A stretch of 64,000 bases of DNA from NCBI RefSeq assembly GCF_006345805.1, contig NC_043003.1:37200001-37264000 (forward strand), in the 5' to 3' direction. The notes beneath the pieces were generated by a model. The model was not told the DNA's origin, searched no databases, and saw nothing but the letters and a program-made list of their open reading frames with translations. The translations under genes were made by a program, and so were the position numbers. This document shows, in pieces, positions 50,484 to 64,000 of the stretch (its first letter is position 1; each line of letters starts with the position of its first letter). The DNA comes from Octopus sinensis (taxonomy: Eukaryota).

Positions 50484-51939
50484 CCATGTCTATTTATGTA
50501 CTTTCAATCTTCCATCAATTCTGTGTCATTCTTATTGAAATTAAATTTCTATATTTCTCAGTAAAATCACATTGTCATTATATTTTCCAGTCGTTTGAAA
50601 ATAATTTTCCTTGTCGTTGCTGTTGTTCTTGCTGTTACTGTTGTTCTTGTTACAACTGTTGGCACTGTTATGGCGGCAATCATGTGTTACAGTTGTCGCC
50701 GTCATCATCCTAACGGGGGTTATTGTTGTTGTGGTGGTGGTGGTGGTGGTGGTGGTGGTGGTGGTGGTCGCCGTCATGGAGGAGGAGGTCGTGATATTGT
50801 TAACGGTAGATTGATTTTGGAGAAGGTAAATACAATTTTTTTCAATTTCTAAACCAACAAACCAACAAACAAATCTTTAAGTGTGCGTGCGCGTGTTCGT
50901 GTGTACGTGCATGTGCCCGCGTGCATGTGTGTGTGTGTGTGTATCCGCCATCATTATTACCGCCAACACCAGCACCACGAGCTAACGAAGAACTCTATAT
51001 GCGGTCACCACCGTCGCTCGCCTTGCTAGAAATAGAAGCCAAATGCTCCCCAATTCACACTTTACAGTCTTTTTTTTTTAAAGAATACATTAGGTGACAA
51101 TAATCCTGGAAATAATAGCTAAAACTTCCTCAATTTACACACTGCAGTCTGTTTTACAAAGGACACATTGGGGGATAATAATCCTAGATACACTGTGTCT
51201 AGATAAAACATAAGATAGTCAAAGTCGGGAAGCTTTTGACCAATGTCCTTCTGTTCAATAAACACTGCCCAGGAACTAAACAACAGAAACATTAATATAA
51301 CCACCACTAACACCAACACCACCGCCGCTAAAACTTCCACCACCTCGAAGACCTCCACCACCAGCATCTAAACCATCGCTAGTTCTGTTATTACCAATGT
51401 CATTATTTACATCGATACCACCAACACCACAAACACCAACGCAAATAGATTCACTGCAACCAACACCAACATCAATAATATCAGCAATGCCACCACTACC
51501 GCCAACTTCACTAACCACTAATACTACTACAACCATCGCCACTACAAACAAACCCACCGCCACTAATATACTATCACCGCTACCACCACTACTCTCACTG
51601 ATATTACCACTACCGCCAACACTAACACCACCGCCAATACCACTTTCACAAGCACCACATCGAGTAGGATCATTACCACTACGTCTAACACTGTTACTAC
51701 CCGCTAATATTTCCATTATCACCACTACCACCTCTACTCACTACTATTACCAGCCTCACTATCATCATCAATACCACTAACATCAATCCAACCACAACTG
51801 ATGCCCTCCCGACCATAACCCCATTACCACTACCGATACCACAACTATTGCAAACACCACCACTGGTATAATAAGTACAACTACTACCACTAGTACCATC
51901 GCCACTATCACCACCAGTATATCAATACTATCACTGTTA

Positions 51940-54060
51940 CCAACACCACAACCACCAACACCACAACCACTAACACCACAACCACCAACACCACAACCAC
52001 TAACACCACAATCACCACTACCACAACCACCAATACCACTACCACAACCACCAACACCACAACCACCAACACCGCAACCACCAACACAACAACCACCAAC
52101 AACACAACCACTAACACCACAACCACCAACACCACAACAACCAACACCACAACAACCAACACCACAACCACTAACACCACAACCACTAACACCACAACCG
52201 CCAACACCGCAACCACCAACACAACAACCGCCAACACCGCAACCACCAACACAACAACCACCAACAACACAACCACTAACACCACAACCACTAACACCAG
52301 AACCGCCAACACCACAACCACCAACACAACAACCGCCAACACTGCAACCACCAACACCACACCCCCACACCCAACACACAACCGCCAACACTGCAACCAC
52401 CAACACAACAACCACCACACACACCCACTAACACAACCACCAATACCACAACAACCAACACCACAACCACCAACACCACAACCACTAACACCACAACCAC
52501 TAACACACAACCACTAACAACACAACACTAACAACACAACCACCAACAGCACAACCACTAACAACACAACCACCAACAACAATCACTAACAACACAACCA
52601 CCAACAACACACAACACCAACACCGCAACCACCACACACACCCACCAACACACACAACAACAAACAACAAAAACCTAAAAACAACACAACCACCAACACA
52701 ACAACCACAACCAACACACAACAAAACCAACACAACACCGCAACCACCAACACAGCAACCACCAACAACACAACCACCAACACCACAACCACCAACACCA
52801 CAACCACCAACACAACAACCGCCAACACTGCAACCACCAACACAACAACCACCAACAACACAACCACTAACACCACAACCACCAACACCACAACAACCAA
52901 CACCACAACCACCAACACCACAACCACTAACACCACAACCACTAACACAACAACCACTAACAACACAACCACTAACAACACAACCACCAACAGCACAACC
53001 ACTAACAACACAACCACCAACAACAATCACTAACAACACAACCACCAACACAACAAGCACCAACACCGCAACCACCAACACAGCAACCACCAACAACACA
53101 ACCACCAACACCACAACCACTAACACCACAACCACCAACACAACAAACACCAACACTGCAACCACTAACACAGCAACCACCAACAACACAACCACCAACA
53201 CCACAACCACTAACACCACAACCACTAACACCACAACCACCAACACCGCAACCACCAACACCACACCCACCAACACCACAACCACTAACACCACAACCAC
53301 TAACACCACAACCACCAACACCGCAACCACAACCCCACAACCACCAACACCACAACACCAACACCACAACCACCAACACCAACCAATAACACCACAACCA
53401 CCAACCACAACAAACACCAACACTGCACCACTAAACAGCAACCACCCACAAACACACCACCAACACACAACCACTAACACCACAACCACTAACACCACAA
53501 ACACAACACCGCAACCACCAACACACCACCCACCAAAACACCAACAACACTAACACCACAACCACTAACACCACAACCACCAACACCGCAACAACAACAC
53601 CACAACCACCAACACCACAACCACCAACACCACAACCACCAACACCACAACCACTAACACCACAACCACTAACACAACAACCACTAACAACACAACCACT
53701 AACAACGCAACCACAAAGACCACAACCACTAACAACACAACCACCAACACCACAACCACTAACAACACAACCACCAACACAACAAGCACCACTACCATAA
53801 CCACCAACACTACAACCACCAATACAACAACCACTACTAACAGAACACCAACACCACAACCACCACAACCACCACAACCACCTATTGCACATCGACAACT
53901 ACTAACACAACAACTACCAACACCAGAACCACCAACACAACAACTACCAACACCACAACCACCAACACAACAACTACCAACACCACAACCACCAACGCCA
54001 ACACTACAACCATAACCACCACAACCAATACGCTGACTACTAGCGCAAGCACTTCCAATA
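51940..54060 (+). repeat. About 2.1-kb minisatellite of 15-bp units (ACCACCAACACCACA variants) within a larger triplet-rich tract (51290-54390)
   Basis: Directly visible, with a higher-order repeat of about 445 bp (CAGCACAACCACTAACAACAC...AATCACTAAC at about 52546 and about 52991). Confidence 0.95.
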
Positions 54061-54964
54061 CCACCACCACCACTACTACTAACAACCACACCAATGTAAT
54101 TACTCCCACCACCACCACTCCCAATGCCACTAAAACCACCGATACAACCACCACAACAATCAACATCGCTACCACTACCAACAGCACCTTAACCATCAAT
54201 ACCATTCTCGATATATTCACTACCACCGTAAGGATTATCAATGCCACCGCCACCAATAACATCACTACTCCTAACAACAGCAACAATATAATCACCACCA
54301 CAACTACTGCTAATATAATCACTACAACAGCAACAACAATAACAACAGCAACAACAGCATCAACAGCAACAATGATAACAACAACAACACCCCAAAAAAA
54401 AAGTAATAAAGAAATAAAATATCTTTCTGAAAGCTTGAGTGAACATCGCCATATCAGACAAGTGTTGTTTATAAAATTTTTGTATTCATATTTTTTGTGA
54501 AAGAATGTTTTTCTTTTTCTAAAATGTAAACAGACGAACGAAAGCTTCAACTATTTATGTTTTATATCGAAGTTCACCTATTGCACATCGATGCACATTA
54601 AGAATGTAATTTCATTTTCAGTGATATTAAAATAATTAAGGAGGCAATGCTTCTAAAGTTCTTTAAACTAGTCATTTTTAGGGTAAAGGCCAAATACTGA
54701 GAATTGCAAGCCAAGAAATTGTCTCCCTTCTTTTGCATAGCTTTTTTTATTTTATTTTATTTCATTTTATTTTATTTTATTCTGTTATATTTTGCTGATA
54801 GACAGACAAGATAGCGGAATTCCTAAAAGGTTTAGAATATTCTCATGCGTTTCCTACCCAGTGTACGGATTATTATTCTAAACACATTGCTACCTGGGAA
54901 ATAGAGTATTCTCGACTGTCATCCGAACGGTTGTTCTCCTGTACCCTGTCACCAAAACCTCAGT

Positions 54965-55165
54965 CCTTTAGCATTCAGATTTTTTGTCAAATGTAATGCT
55001 TATGTATTGACATTGTTTTGAATAAATCAAGCATTATCCTGTTATTATTTCAGATTTCAATGATGTGATTGTTAATAAGGTAAGTGTAAGAGGTTGGATC
55101 TAGCCGGTTTGAACATAACAAGTTGAATATTTAGGCATGATGTGACCAGCTTAAATGCTAAAAAG
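54965..55165. mobile_element. piggyBac-like MITE
   Basis: CCTTTAGCATT at the left end and AATGCTAAAAAG|TTAA at the right end. The left TTAA is decayed. Confidence 0.55.
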
Positions 55166-55364
55166 TTAACGAAATCATGGGCAAACTGCAGCACGCAGGA
55201 CTTTTTGAGTGGCACGCTAACGAAAAACTACTTGAATTTTTTTTAGTAGTATAGCCCACCTGATATTAAGTCATGTCACATGCGGTCCTCTTCTCGAAAA
55301 TAGTTGTCCATATCTACTTTAATGTATTCGCGATCAAGAAAATATTCTTTCTCATTTCGGCACA

Positions 55365-55945
55365 AGACCAGCAATTTTAGTGGGAGCATGTAAGTCGATT
55401 ACATCGACCCTAGTACTTTATTATTATCGACTCCGAAAGGATAACATCAAAGTTGATGATCTCGGCGGTATTTGAACTCGAAATGTAAGCGGAAAACCGT
55501 TAAGCAGCCAAAACTTCCTCTAAACCACAGCCTGTCGATTTAAAAAAAAGAACTAAAAACAAAAATATTACAACAAGGTTCAAGAATGAATGTGTGGAAA
55601 GAAGTTTTCTTCCTAACCACGTGGTTTTGAGTTCAGTCCCACTGCGTGGCACATGGACAAGTGTATTCAGCTATAGTTCTAGAACGACCAAGACCTTGTG
55701 AGTGATAGACGAAAACTGAAATCTTTTATTATTAATGCATGTGTGTTTTTATGTCTATCCACACACTGTTTTACAATTTTTGTTGGTTTGTTTACGTCCC
55801 TGTAATTTACGGTTCAACATAAGATACCGATAGAAATAAGAGACTTTAAAACATAAAAACTAAGGTTGATTTGTTTAACTAAAACCCTTCAGGGCGATAC
55901 CCCAGTATGGCCGTAGTTCAATGACTGAAACAAACGAAAGAGAAA
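55365..55945. mobile_element. SINE A relic (minus, 55365-55495) and older SINE B (plus, 55590-55945)
   Basis: Diagnostic blocks of each family. Confidence 0.8.
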
Positions 55946-56869
55946 GGATATCTAAGACCGAAAACGAGTTTCGTATAAAATTTGATGAACATTGGTTGGA
56001 ATCGTAAGCACTTGACTACGGTGCGATCTCGTTACATCCTGCTTTACTCGACAAATTTTAATTGTCACCAACTAATTATCTATAAAGCCAATAATTAAAT
56101 TCTGCGACCAATCACTGATTACAGTTTCGGATAGTTTCCTGCATTTTCTAACCAACTCAGCGATTATTCCACACACGTTGCTATCTCTGCCATAATCTAG
56201 ACTTTTAGCTAGTTTTCGCATAGAAAACACATTTTTAGTTGAACTCTTGTCACATCACACATTGAGAGTTCTTTTGTTCTCCGAAATTAATGATCCCATC
56301 GTATTAGGATTACGTATACACACGAGTACATTAATTCACGCATGTACACACACAGTTACTAATATATGCGTGCGCACGTGTGTGATTGCGTATTGAAAGA
56401 ATAACAACGGAATACTTAATGACGAGGATACTAAATACCAAATGTAGAGTCAAGTTAATAATTTTTGCTTTCACTTGGATTTTTAAGTTTTGCCTGGTGA
56501 CTTATTCAGCAACTTTGATTGAAAAATCGTAAAATTAAAAGGCCAATTCAAAACAGATTTTTTTAATATGTGTAGGTATCAAGCATGTGCCGTCAGTAAT
56601 TACTCAGGGTAGGCAGTTGGTGACGTTTATGTAGAAAAACGCACAAGAAATAAGCGAAGCACTGGCGCGCGACTGAGTTGCGTCGTAGGAATGCAGACAG
56701 AACGTAAACTACAGCAGTATTATGCGTAGCTTAAATACTTAGATTGAAAAGCAGGGGCGAATTATGCCTACCTTATCTATAAAAAAATAAATTATTTTGC
56801 ATTTTATACATAGAGATCAGAGTAACCTTCATGATTTTATTGATTTAGTTGTATATTTTGTCATTAAAG

Positions 56870-56901
56870 GAAAATGTTGCTATCGATCTATTTCACCCCA
56901 G
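56870..56901 (+). CDS. Candidate exon ending at a strong donor (may start at 56814 or be a first exon with ATG at 56874, MLLSIYFTP)
   Basis: Donor CAG|GTAAGC, in repeat-poor flanks with a CpG-containing patch at about 56650-56760. Confidence 0.25.
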
Positions 56902-57019
56902 GTAAGCACTACCTGCCTTGCCTACCTATACGGCACGTCCCTGGTAGGTATGTATATCAATTTGCAAAATTTACTTCATACAAATCCAATTTCTATATCC
57001 TTCACTGATGTATAATATA

Positions 57020-57165
57020 TATTTCACATACGTACAACAGATTAGACTGTTGGAAAAGAAAAATTCCCAGCATCGGGCTACAAGTAACCTTACATGGCAA
57101 GAGCACTCCTAAGTGTTCTAGTTGTCCCTAATAACAGTGTTTTCTAGAGCTGCACTAAGCTAAGT
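57020..57165 (-). mobile_element. R4/Dong-type LINE, extreme 3' fragment
   Basis: Diverged direct copy of 57185-57330 (ACAACAGATTAGA.TGTTGGAAAAGAAAAATTCC...TTTCTAGAGCTG). Confidence 0.8.
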
Positions 57166-57184
57166 TTTATAATCATTATTGTTA

Positions 57185-58741
57185 TTTTCATATACACACA
57201 ACAGATTAGAGTGTTGGAAAAGAAAAATTCCTAACATCGGGCTACAACAAGTAACCTTAGATGTCAAGAACACTGCTAAGTATCCTAGCTTTACCTAATA
57301 ACACTGTTTTCTAGAGCTGTACTAAACTGGGTTTTATACCTATTTCCTCTATCCAGCTGTTCAAATATTTAGAGATAGTTCCCAATGCACCTATAACTAC
57401 TGGGATAAATTTTACCCGCACTTCCCACAGTCTCTGTAATTCAATGGCTAGGTCCTGGTACTTTGCTATTTTTTCTGTACCTCTCATATTGATTTTTTTC
57501 ATCATTTGGGACTATAAAGTCAATTATCTGACACTTTCTAGTTTCTTTATCTACCACTACTAAATCAGGCCTTCTAGCTTCTTATAACTCTGTCAGTCTG
57601 AATGTTAAAGTCCCGCATGAGGTTCGTGTTCATACCATTTATTAGTATGTTCAAATCCTTGCTTTCTACATAACTCCCAGTGGATTACTCTCCCTAGGTT
57701 GTCATGTCTTGTATTCTTTCTGTGCCAGCATGCTACATTCATGTACTATATGAGTAACGTTTTCCTTTTTTGATTTGCATAACTTACATTGGGAATCTAC
57801 TTTGTTTTTGTCTATCTTGGCTTTTATCCAACTAGTTCTTAATGCTTGATCTTGTGCAGCAACTAACAAACTTTCTGTCTCCCTTTTCAGCTTTTCTTTC
57901 TGCAACCATAGCCATGTCTCTCTACTACTATTTGCTGCAACTATCTTTGAGAATCTATCGTGCAACGCCTTCGCCTGCCAGTCGGATAATTTCTGTTCTT
58001 TCTTCTGGTTTTTAACTTCATTTGAATTTTCGGTTTCCTTATGTCTTGCTGTGACTCTAGTAGCTTTTAATAAACTTTCTTCACTATTACCCACATAGGA
58101 GTCTATGTCTACTCTAGCTAACTTCACGTAGTCTTCTACTGATATTAGCCCTCTTCTGCCTTCCTCTCAAGGTAGTATAATCTTGCTACTCCTGCCCTTT
58201 GGTGGAGTCCTCCATTCATATTGAATTCCTTCCTAGTTCTTCTGTCTAGCTTTTCTAATTCAGTTTTTGTCCAATCTACAAAAGCTGCTGAGTATCTAAG
58301 TAATGATACCGTCCAAGTATTTACAACCTTCACTAAATTCGGACCATTTAGCTTTGACTTTATTAGCTTCCCCACCCTTCTGATGTACTCCTTCTCAATT
58401 TTCGTTTTCATTTCTATAGTTAGTACTCTGTCAGATTTTAATACTCCTAGATACTTATAACTCTCTCTTCCTTTCAATGATTCTAATGTCTGGCCATCTG
58501 GCAATTGGGTGCCTTTGTTGTTGACTACCTGTCCCCTTCTCATGACTAATATTGCACACTTATCTATGCCAAATTCCATGCCTATATCTTTGCTGAAGGG
58601 CCTGTATTAAGGAATCCATCTCTTTTTCATACTTACTAAAAAGCTTCAGATCATCAATATAGAGCAAATGGTTAATTTTTTCCTTGCTATTTCTGAACTG
58701 ATACTCTGCCTTTGCCTTCCTTAATACTAAACTGATGGAGA
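57185..58741 (-). mobile_element. 5'-truncated R4/Dong-clade non-LTR retrotransposon (RT end, CCHC finger, RLE)
   Basis: KINHLLYIDDLKL, MEFGIDKCA, SYKYLGV, ELEKLDRRTRK, LLVAAQDQALRT, CKLCKSKKENVTHIVHEC, RPD, KIAKYQDLAIELQRLWEVRVKFIPVVIGALG. The 5' junction is in (AAT)n. Confidence 0.93.
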
Positions 58742-58790
<49 letters not shown>

Positions 58791-58793
<3 letters not shown>

Positions 58794-59320
58794 TAGTTTT
58801 ATTTTTATAGCGTGCTTTCACTTCACTACCGAGCGCAGCTCTGTGTGCCTTGGGTATATGCTGTCACTTGTTGTGATGCTCTGATGGTTATTGTATGGAA
58901 AGTGTTCTGCGTAGGATGTGTGCAGTGCCTAGTAGTGCAATTTTCTGTATGTTATATGTGTTTGTAAGTCCTGGTGTTTTTGTTATGTATTTGTCTGAAT
59001 TTTTTTTATCATGCCTAATGCACCTACTATGATAGGAATTGTTTCTGTTTCAGATTCCACATTCTAGTTACCTCTATTTCCAGGTCTTTTTATTTTGAGA
59101 GTTTCTCCATTTCTTTTAGAGACACGTTGTCATCTGCCGGTATTGATACATCAATTAGAAAGCATTTTTTTTCTTCATGATCTCTAACAACTATATCTGG
59201 TCTGTTGGCCTTAATTTCTCTATCTGTGTGTATCGGCATATCCCAGAGTATGGTTGCTTTCTCGTTTTCTGTGACATTTTCTGGTGTGTGCCTATACCAT
59301 CTTTTTTCTGTTGTTATTCC
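58791..59320 (-). mobile_element. Second R4/Dong-type subfamily, 3' fragment (RLE plus 3' UTR)
   Basis: WYRHTPENVTENEKATILWDMPIHTDREIKANRPDIVVRD..FLIDVSIP..EKLSK...IPIIVGALG..KIALLGTAHILRRTL, flanked on both sides by (AAT)n. Confidence 0.93.
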
Positions 59321-59354
59321 ATTATTATTATTATTATCATCATCATCATCATCA

Positions 59355-59410
<56 letters not shown>

Positions 59411-59514
59411 GAAACGTAACCGACCCAAGAGTCTCTTTCTCTAAAAAAATCTTAATGTATTGAATTCTACTTATTCCTTTCAACCTAACCTCTGTATAAG
59501 TTATTGTACACACA

Positions 59515-59740
59515 ATCGCAACACCGAGATTTCGATTCCTAAACCGGTAGTAGTGCGTTGTGTTCATAAACAAAACATCTCATTTCTCCTTGCTCCAGAC
59601 CACTCAGCTGTAAACGATAGATTGGCGTTCCACCTTACCAGTAGGGTGGCATCATTGAACAGCTACAGCAATTCGAGGGAACACATTGTGATCGATTGTG
59701 TATAACATCCGATAGTCAGGTTTATACAGTGACACTGCGA
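59515..59740 (+). mobile_element. Old tRNA-derived SINE with a Meta-like segment
   Basis: GATTTCGATTCC B-box-like motif, and TTGCTCCAGACCACTCAGCTG as in 26437-26699. Confidence 0.55.
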
Positions 59741-59764
59741 TAGATAAGTAGATGGCTAGCGAGC

Positions 59765-59927
<163 letters not shown>

Positions 59928-60200
59928 AATTCTATTTTGTAACATTGGATCTCGAAATAGGTAAGCTATAAAAATGATAGCATGCATATAATGGGTTAAA
60001 AATCCTTTTATATAGAAAATGTTCCACAGGCAGCCTTAAACTGTTTCTAACCAAAGGTTTGCTTCGAGACCCAATGTTCCACAAAAGAATTATTTCATGT
60101 TATCTCAAAGTTTATAAATTCCTATGACGTCAGTAATATCTTAATATATACACACATACATTTATACAGACATATACAAATATATATATATATTATTTTT

Positions 60201-60509
60201 ATTTATGCGCCCTTTTCAAGCCTAGCCAGGCTGATGAACCCGGTTTCCCGGTTTCTATGGCGTATGTGTTCCCCCCAGCTGGACGGGACGCCAGTCAATC
60301 GCAGCGTTACTCAAGAAACAGGAAGAAAGAGTGAGAGTAAGTTGGGGAGAAAGAGTAGAACAGGGATTGCCACCACCCCCTGCCAGAGCCTCGTAGAGCT
60401 TTAGGTGTTTTTGCTCAATAAACACACACACAACGCCCGGTCTGGGAATGGAAACTGCGATGCCCTGACCGCGAGTCCGCTGCCCTAACCACTGGGCCTT
60501 ACGCCTCCC
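60201..60509 (-). mobile_element. Full-length SINE (head 1, body 1, tail Y)
   Basis: The 5' part (about 195 nt) matches 50102-50295, and the 3' part (about 115 nt) matches 26580-26690. Confidence 0.93.
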
Positions 60510-60684
60510 CACTTATACATATATATAATACATATAGATATACATATATATATATATATAAATACATATTATATATATATTATATATATATATATATATT
60601 ATACATAATATCCTATTATAGATATATATTATATAATATAATATATATATATATATATATACATATATACAAAAAACACACACG

Positions 60685-60725
<41 letters not shown>

Positions 60726-60858
60726 CTATATAGAATTTAGATCCAAACATGAACACAAAAAAAACACAACAACGCGGGGACGTGGAACAAATATAGTATA
60801 TTGACGCTCAGGAAAAGAGGACATAAGAATATATATATTATTATATATATATATATGA

Positions 60859-60906
<48 letters not shown>

Positions 60907-61082
60907 GTGTGTGTGTGTATGTTATATATATATTTAATGTTTTATATATATACTGTGAAAATTAGTCGAAAAATATCTAAAAATAAAACCCCAATCACTG
61001 GGAATATAAAAAGCTCAACAGAAATCGGGCTACAAGCAAAGAAATTAACCATCTCAGTAGAAAGCCGTGGAATGAGGAAATA

Positions 61083-61150
61083 GATATCCCTGGATCAATT
61101 CATTTCGAATTTTGAGACCTTACCTCTTTTAATTCTCATCAGCAGATTTC
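61083..61150 (-). ncRNA. Type I hammerhead motif with a long stem II, in a pLTR-like repeat (about 60940-61530)
   Basis: GAAATCTG-CTGATGA-GAATT(19 nt)AATTC-GAA-ATGAATTGAT-C-CAGggATATC. Stem III is one change from the palindrome ATCAATTGAT, and the cleavage triplet is AUC. Confidence 0.7.
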
Positions 61151-61559
61151 AATATACGTAGGGTTAAAAACTTTGCTCATTTCACTGTGCATTGTAGCCG
61201 TTTAAAAGCTAACGCCGAATTCAAAAACGGTGTCAGTGTATAAAATCACTAAATGAATAAATATTCGAAAATATTTATATAGATATTATTATTAAGCATT
61301 ATCATTAGTAAAATGAATAATAACAACAATAATGTAAGTGGCCAGCAAGCAAAAGCCGATAAATGACAAATCTAAAATTTTATAATTAATTTATAATTAT
61401 AATAGGGCACACGAGGTGCCAGCGTTGCTGGGAAAAGTCCTCTAAAAAACCACCAATCACTGGGAATGTAACAACCACAACGGAAACAGAAATAGAAATG
61501 TTACTAATGATAATAATCAATAATGATATTTATATAAATATCAAGAAATGTAGGGCCTC

Positions 61560-61720
61560 TACTGGTCAGTCTTGAAGAAGTGTCTGCATCTTTATATGCA
61601 GACCTAAGCAAGGATATATTCAAGAGAAGACTGGTGGTTGCTCATATATGCAGGTCTTCCTTCTTCACTGTACCGATCTCATCCAAGAGAAGAGCAGCCG
61701 CTTTCGAGACAAAAGAGTTT
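61560..61720 (+). mobile_element. Possible CR1/L2 ORF2 C-terminal relic
   Basis: KDIFKRRLVVAHICRSSFFTVPIS resembles the K.FK.R...D.RK.FF.VRV motif. Confidence 0.35.
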
Positions 61721-61794
61721 TGTCAGAGAGCTGCTGTCAGGATACAAATGGCCAGAACAGATACTCTAAGGTATATATTCCGAGTCTCCGACAA

Positions 61795-61950
61795 TTGTGC
61801 CAATCAACCGCGACGGTTAAATACTTTTTTATCGATCCCGAAAGCATAACTGGCAAAGTTGGCCACAGCGGGATTTGAACTCAGAATGTAATGAGCTGAA
61901 ACAAATAACGAGCGGTATTCTTTCCAAAGCTCTAACGACTCTACCAATCT
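61795..61950 (-). mobile_element. Older SINE A
   Basis: ATCGATCCCGAAAG...GGGATTTGAACTCAGAATGTAA. Confidence 0.7.
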
Positions 61951-63215
61951 GCCGAAATCCATTCCTTCTACATAACGTCAACCATCTCAAGTTAACTTTC
62001 AGCCTTCAATTTGTCCTATACAAGTTAATTTGCAGATGTTCAAATTGAACGACATCTATCGCACTTTCGTAAGTCATGGGCACTGGTTCTCCTTTCGGAC
62101 TAAACCATTAACAGGAATTGCCATTTTACCGTTGTGATATACTCTATGGAACATGTGACTATACTGGGGCGTCTGTTGTTTCATTTCCAAACATAAACGC
62201 TAACCTCATTTACTTCACTAATCTCAGCGCAGCTTGTTTCTCCCTGAGTAAGCCAGTATAAAATAAGAGAAAGAGAGAGAGAGAGACCAAATCAATACAT
62301 GTGAGTTTGTATGGGTATATGTATGCATTTGCGTGCATATATGTACTTGTATGTTTATATATGCAAACATATATTTGTGTGAGGTGGATGGTTATAACGA
62401 TGACGTAAAAGATATTTCCGAGAATAAAGTGAGGTGTGGGATGCCAGACTAGATATATTGAATGATATAACAGATTAAGAGATCAAGAGAAGGAAAGATT
62501 GAAGAAGAAAGAGGTGGGAAAGAGGTGGGAAAATAGAGAAAGAAGATGAGAGAAATAGAAAGTGGAGGATAGAGAGAAAAGAACGAGACAGAATGAAGCG
62601 AAAGGTAGGAGAGAATGCAAAAATTGGAAGAACTATATAGAGCAAGAGGTGCCAGAGATGGGAAGACAGGAAAAGAGGGAGAGAGGTCGGAGTTAAAAGT
62701 TTGGCAGAAAGAGTAGATGATAGAAAAATAAGCATTATGAATTAAAGTTAAGAATATGGAGAGATAATTAAAAAGAAAAAAAGAAGTAGGGATAGAGAGA
62801 GGATATAATGAAAGAGCTATTTAGAACGAGTTAGAAAGTATAAAATGATGTAATAAAAAAGAAATGCAGATTTTGGGAAAAGACGTTGAGGAATGGAAAG
62901 TAAAAAGTTGATGTAAATTTAATTATGACTAGATTGTTGTCTGTTTGTTTTCCTAGTTTTCGCCCTTGAATTGTTTCAGCCGATCATGTGTTTCGTCGTA
63001 ACCGGATGCAGATTAATTTGCCGTGGTTTAGCTCTCCAGGCATGTAGCCTCGTTTTTATCTCTTATTTCGCTAGAATGGTTGACTTCCGGACTATGGTTA
63101 GCGCGTGTTCAATGGACATATTTAGTGAATTAGAAAGATTACACAAGTGAGTTAGAATCCGTAACCACTTGTAAAAGTTTCGGCTGATATACATACACAC
63201 ACACACGCTCACACA

Positions 63216-63276
<61 letters not shown>

Positions 63277-63581
63277 GTACACACTCACACACACACACAC
63301 ACGCAGATACACAGACATGCGCTCAGACAGATACACACAAACACATACACATTAAGATGCACGAGCATTTAGACATATGCACGCATGTCCGCGCACTCCC
63401 ACAAGCTCTGATAAATACATACAAATGTCGGTGCAGATATTTGTGCTTATTGATACATATTGATGTATGGGAAATTAGGTGCACGTATTCAGAAACAAAC
63501 TATGCCATTTAAAGTACATACAATGTGTGTTTGTGTAACAATATATATATCTGTGTGTATGTATGTGTGTATGTATGTATG

Positions 63582-63632
<51 letters not shown>

Positions 63633-63724
63633 CCATGTATCTGTATATATATGTGTATGTATGTATGTGTATCCAGTTTGTGTATATACATATACATTTT
63701 GTGCATGTGTGTACTCTCTTTTTC

Positions 63725-63925
63725 TCTTTTTACTTGTTTCAGTCATTTTGACTGTGGCCATGCTGGAGCACCGCCTTTAGTCGAGCAAATCGACCCCAGG
63801 ACTTATTTTTTGTAAACCTAGTACTTATTCTATCGGTCTCTTTTGCCGAACCGCTAAGTTATGGGGACATAAACACAACAGGATCGGTTGTCAAGCGATG
63901 TTGTGAGACAAACATAGACACACAA
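63725..63925 (-). mobile_element. SINE B 3' part
   Basis: CTTTTTACTTGTTTCAGTCATTTTGACTGTGGCCATGCTGGAGCACCGCC. Confidence 0.92.
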
Positions 63926-63962
63926 ACATATACACACAAACATATACACACACATACATATA

Positions 63963-64000
<38 letters not shown>

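Overview
Animal (eukaryotic) genomic DNA: AT-rich, saturated with microsatellites and dominated by transposon relics. The SINE families and repeat landscape look like an octopus genome, but this is recalled rather than searched. There is a 100-N scaffold gap at 38703-38802. No complete host gene is recognisable, and nearly all long ORFs in the track are translations of simple repeats. Supported content: four mariner elements (two full-length decayed, one internally deleted with intact TIRs, one old relic); more than 25 copies of several tRNA-derived SINE families showing module swapping and fixed-junction multimers; several Penelope-like element (PLE) fragments (RT, GIY-YIG, pseudo-LTRs) carrying type I hammerhead ribozyme motifs; three stacked R4/Dong-type LINE pieces separated by (TAA)n; a Helitron 3' part with a PIF1-like helicase; HERO/RLE, Tx1, RTE and CR1 relics; large palindromes; MITE-like elements; and a 2.1-kb 15-bp minisatellite. 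Weak candidate exons exist, the best being a signal-peptide-like exon on the minus strand at 30663-30714. The most interesting signals are the set of PLE-linked hammerheads (one with a family-level non-canonical core, one reconstructable from two copies with complementary deletions), the TAA-targeted R4 stack, SINE domain shuffling, and short locally templated insertions.
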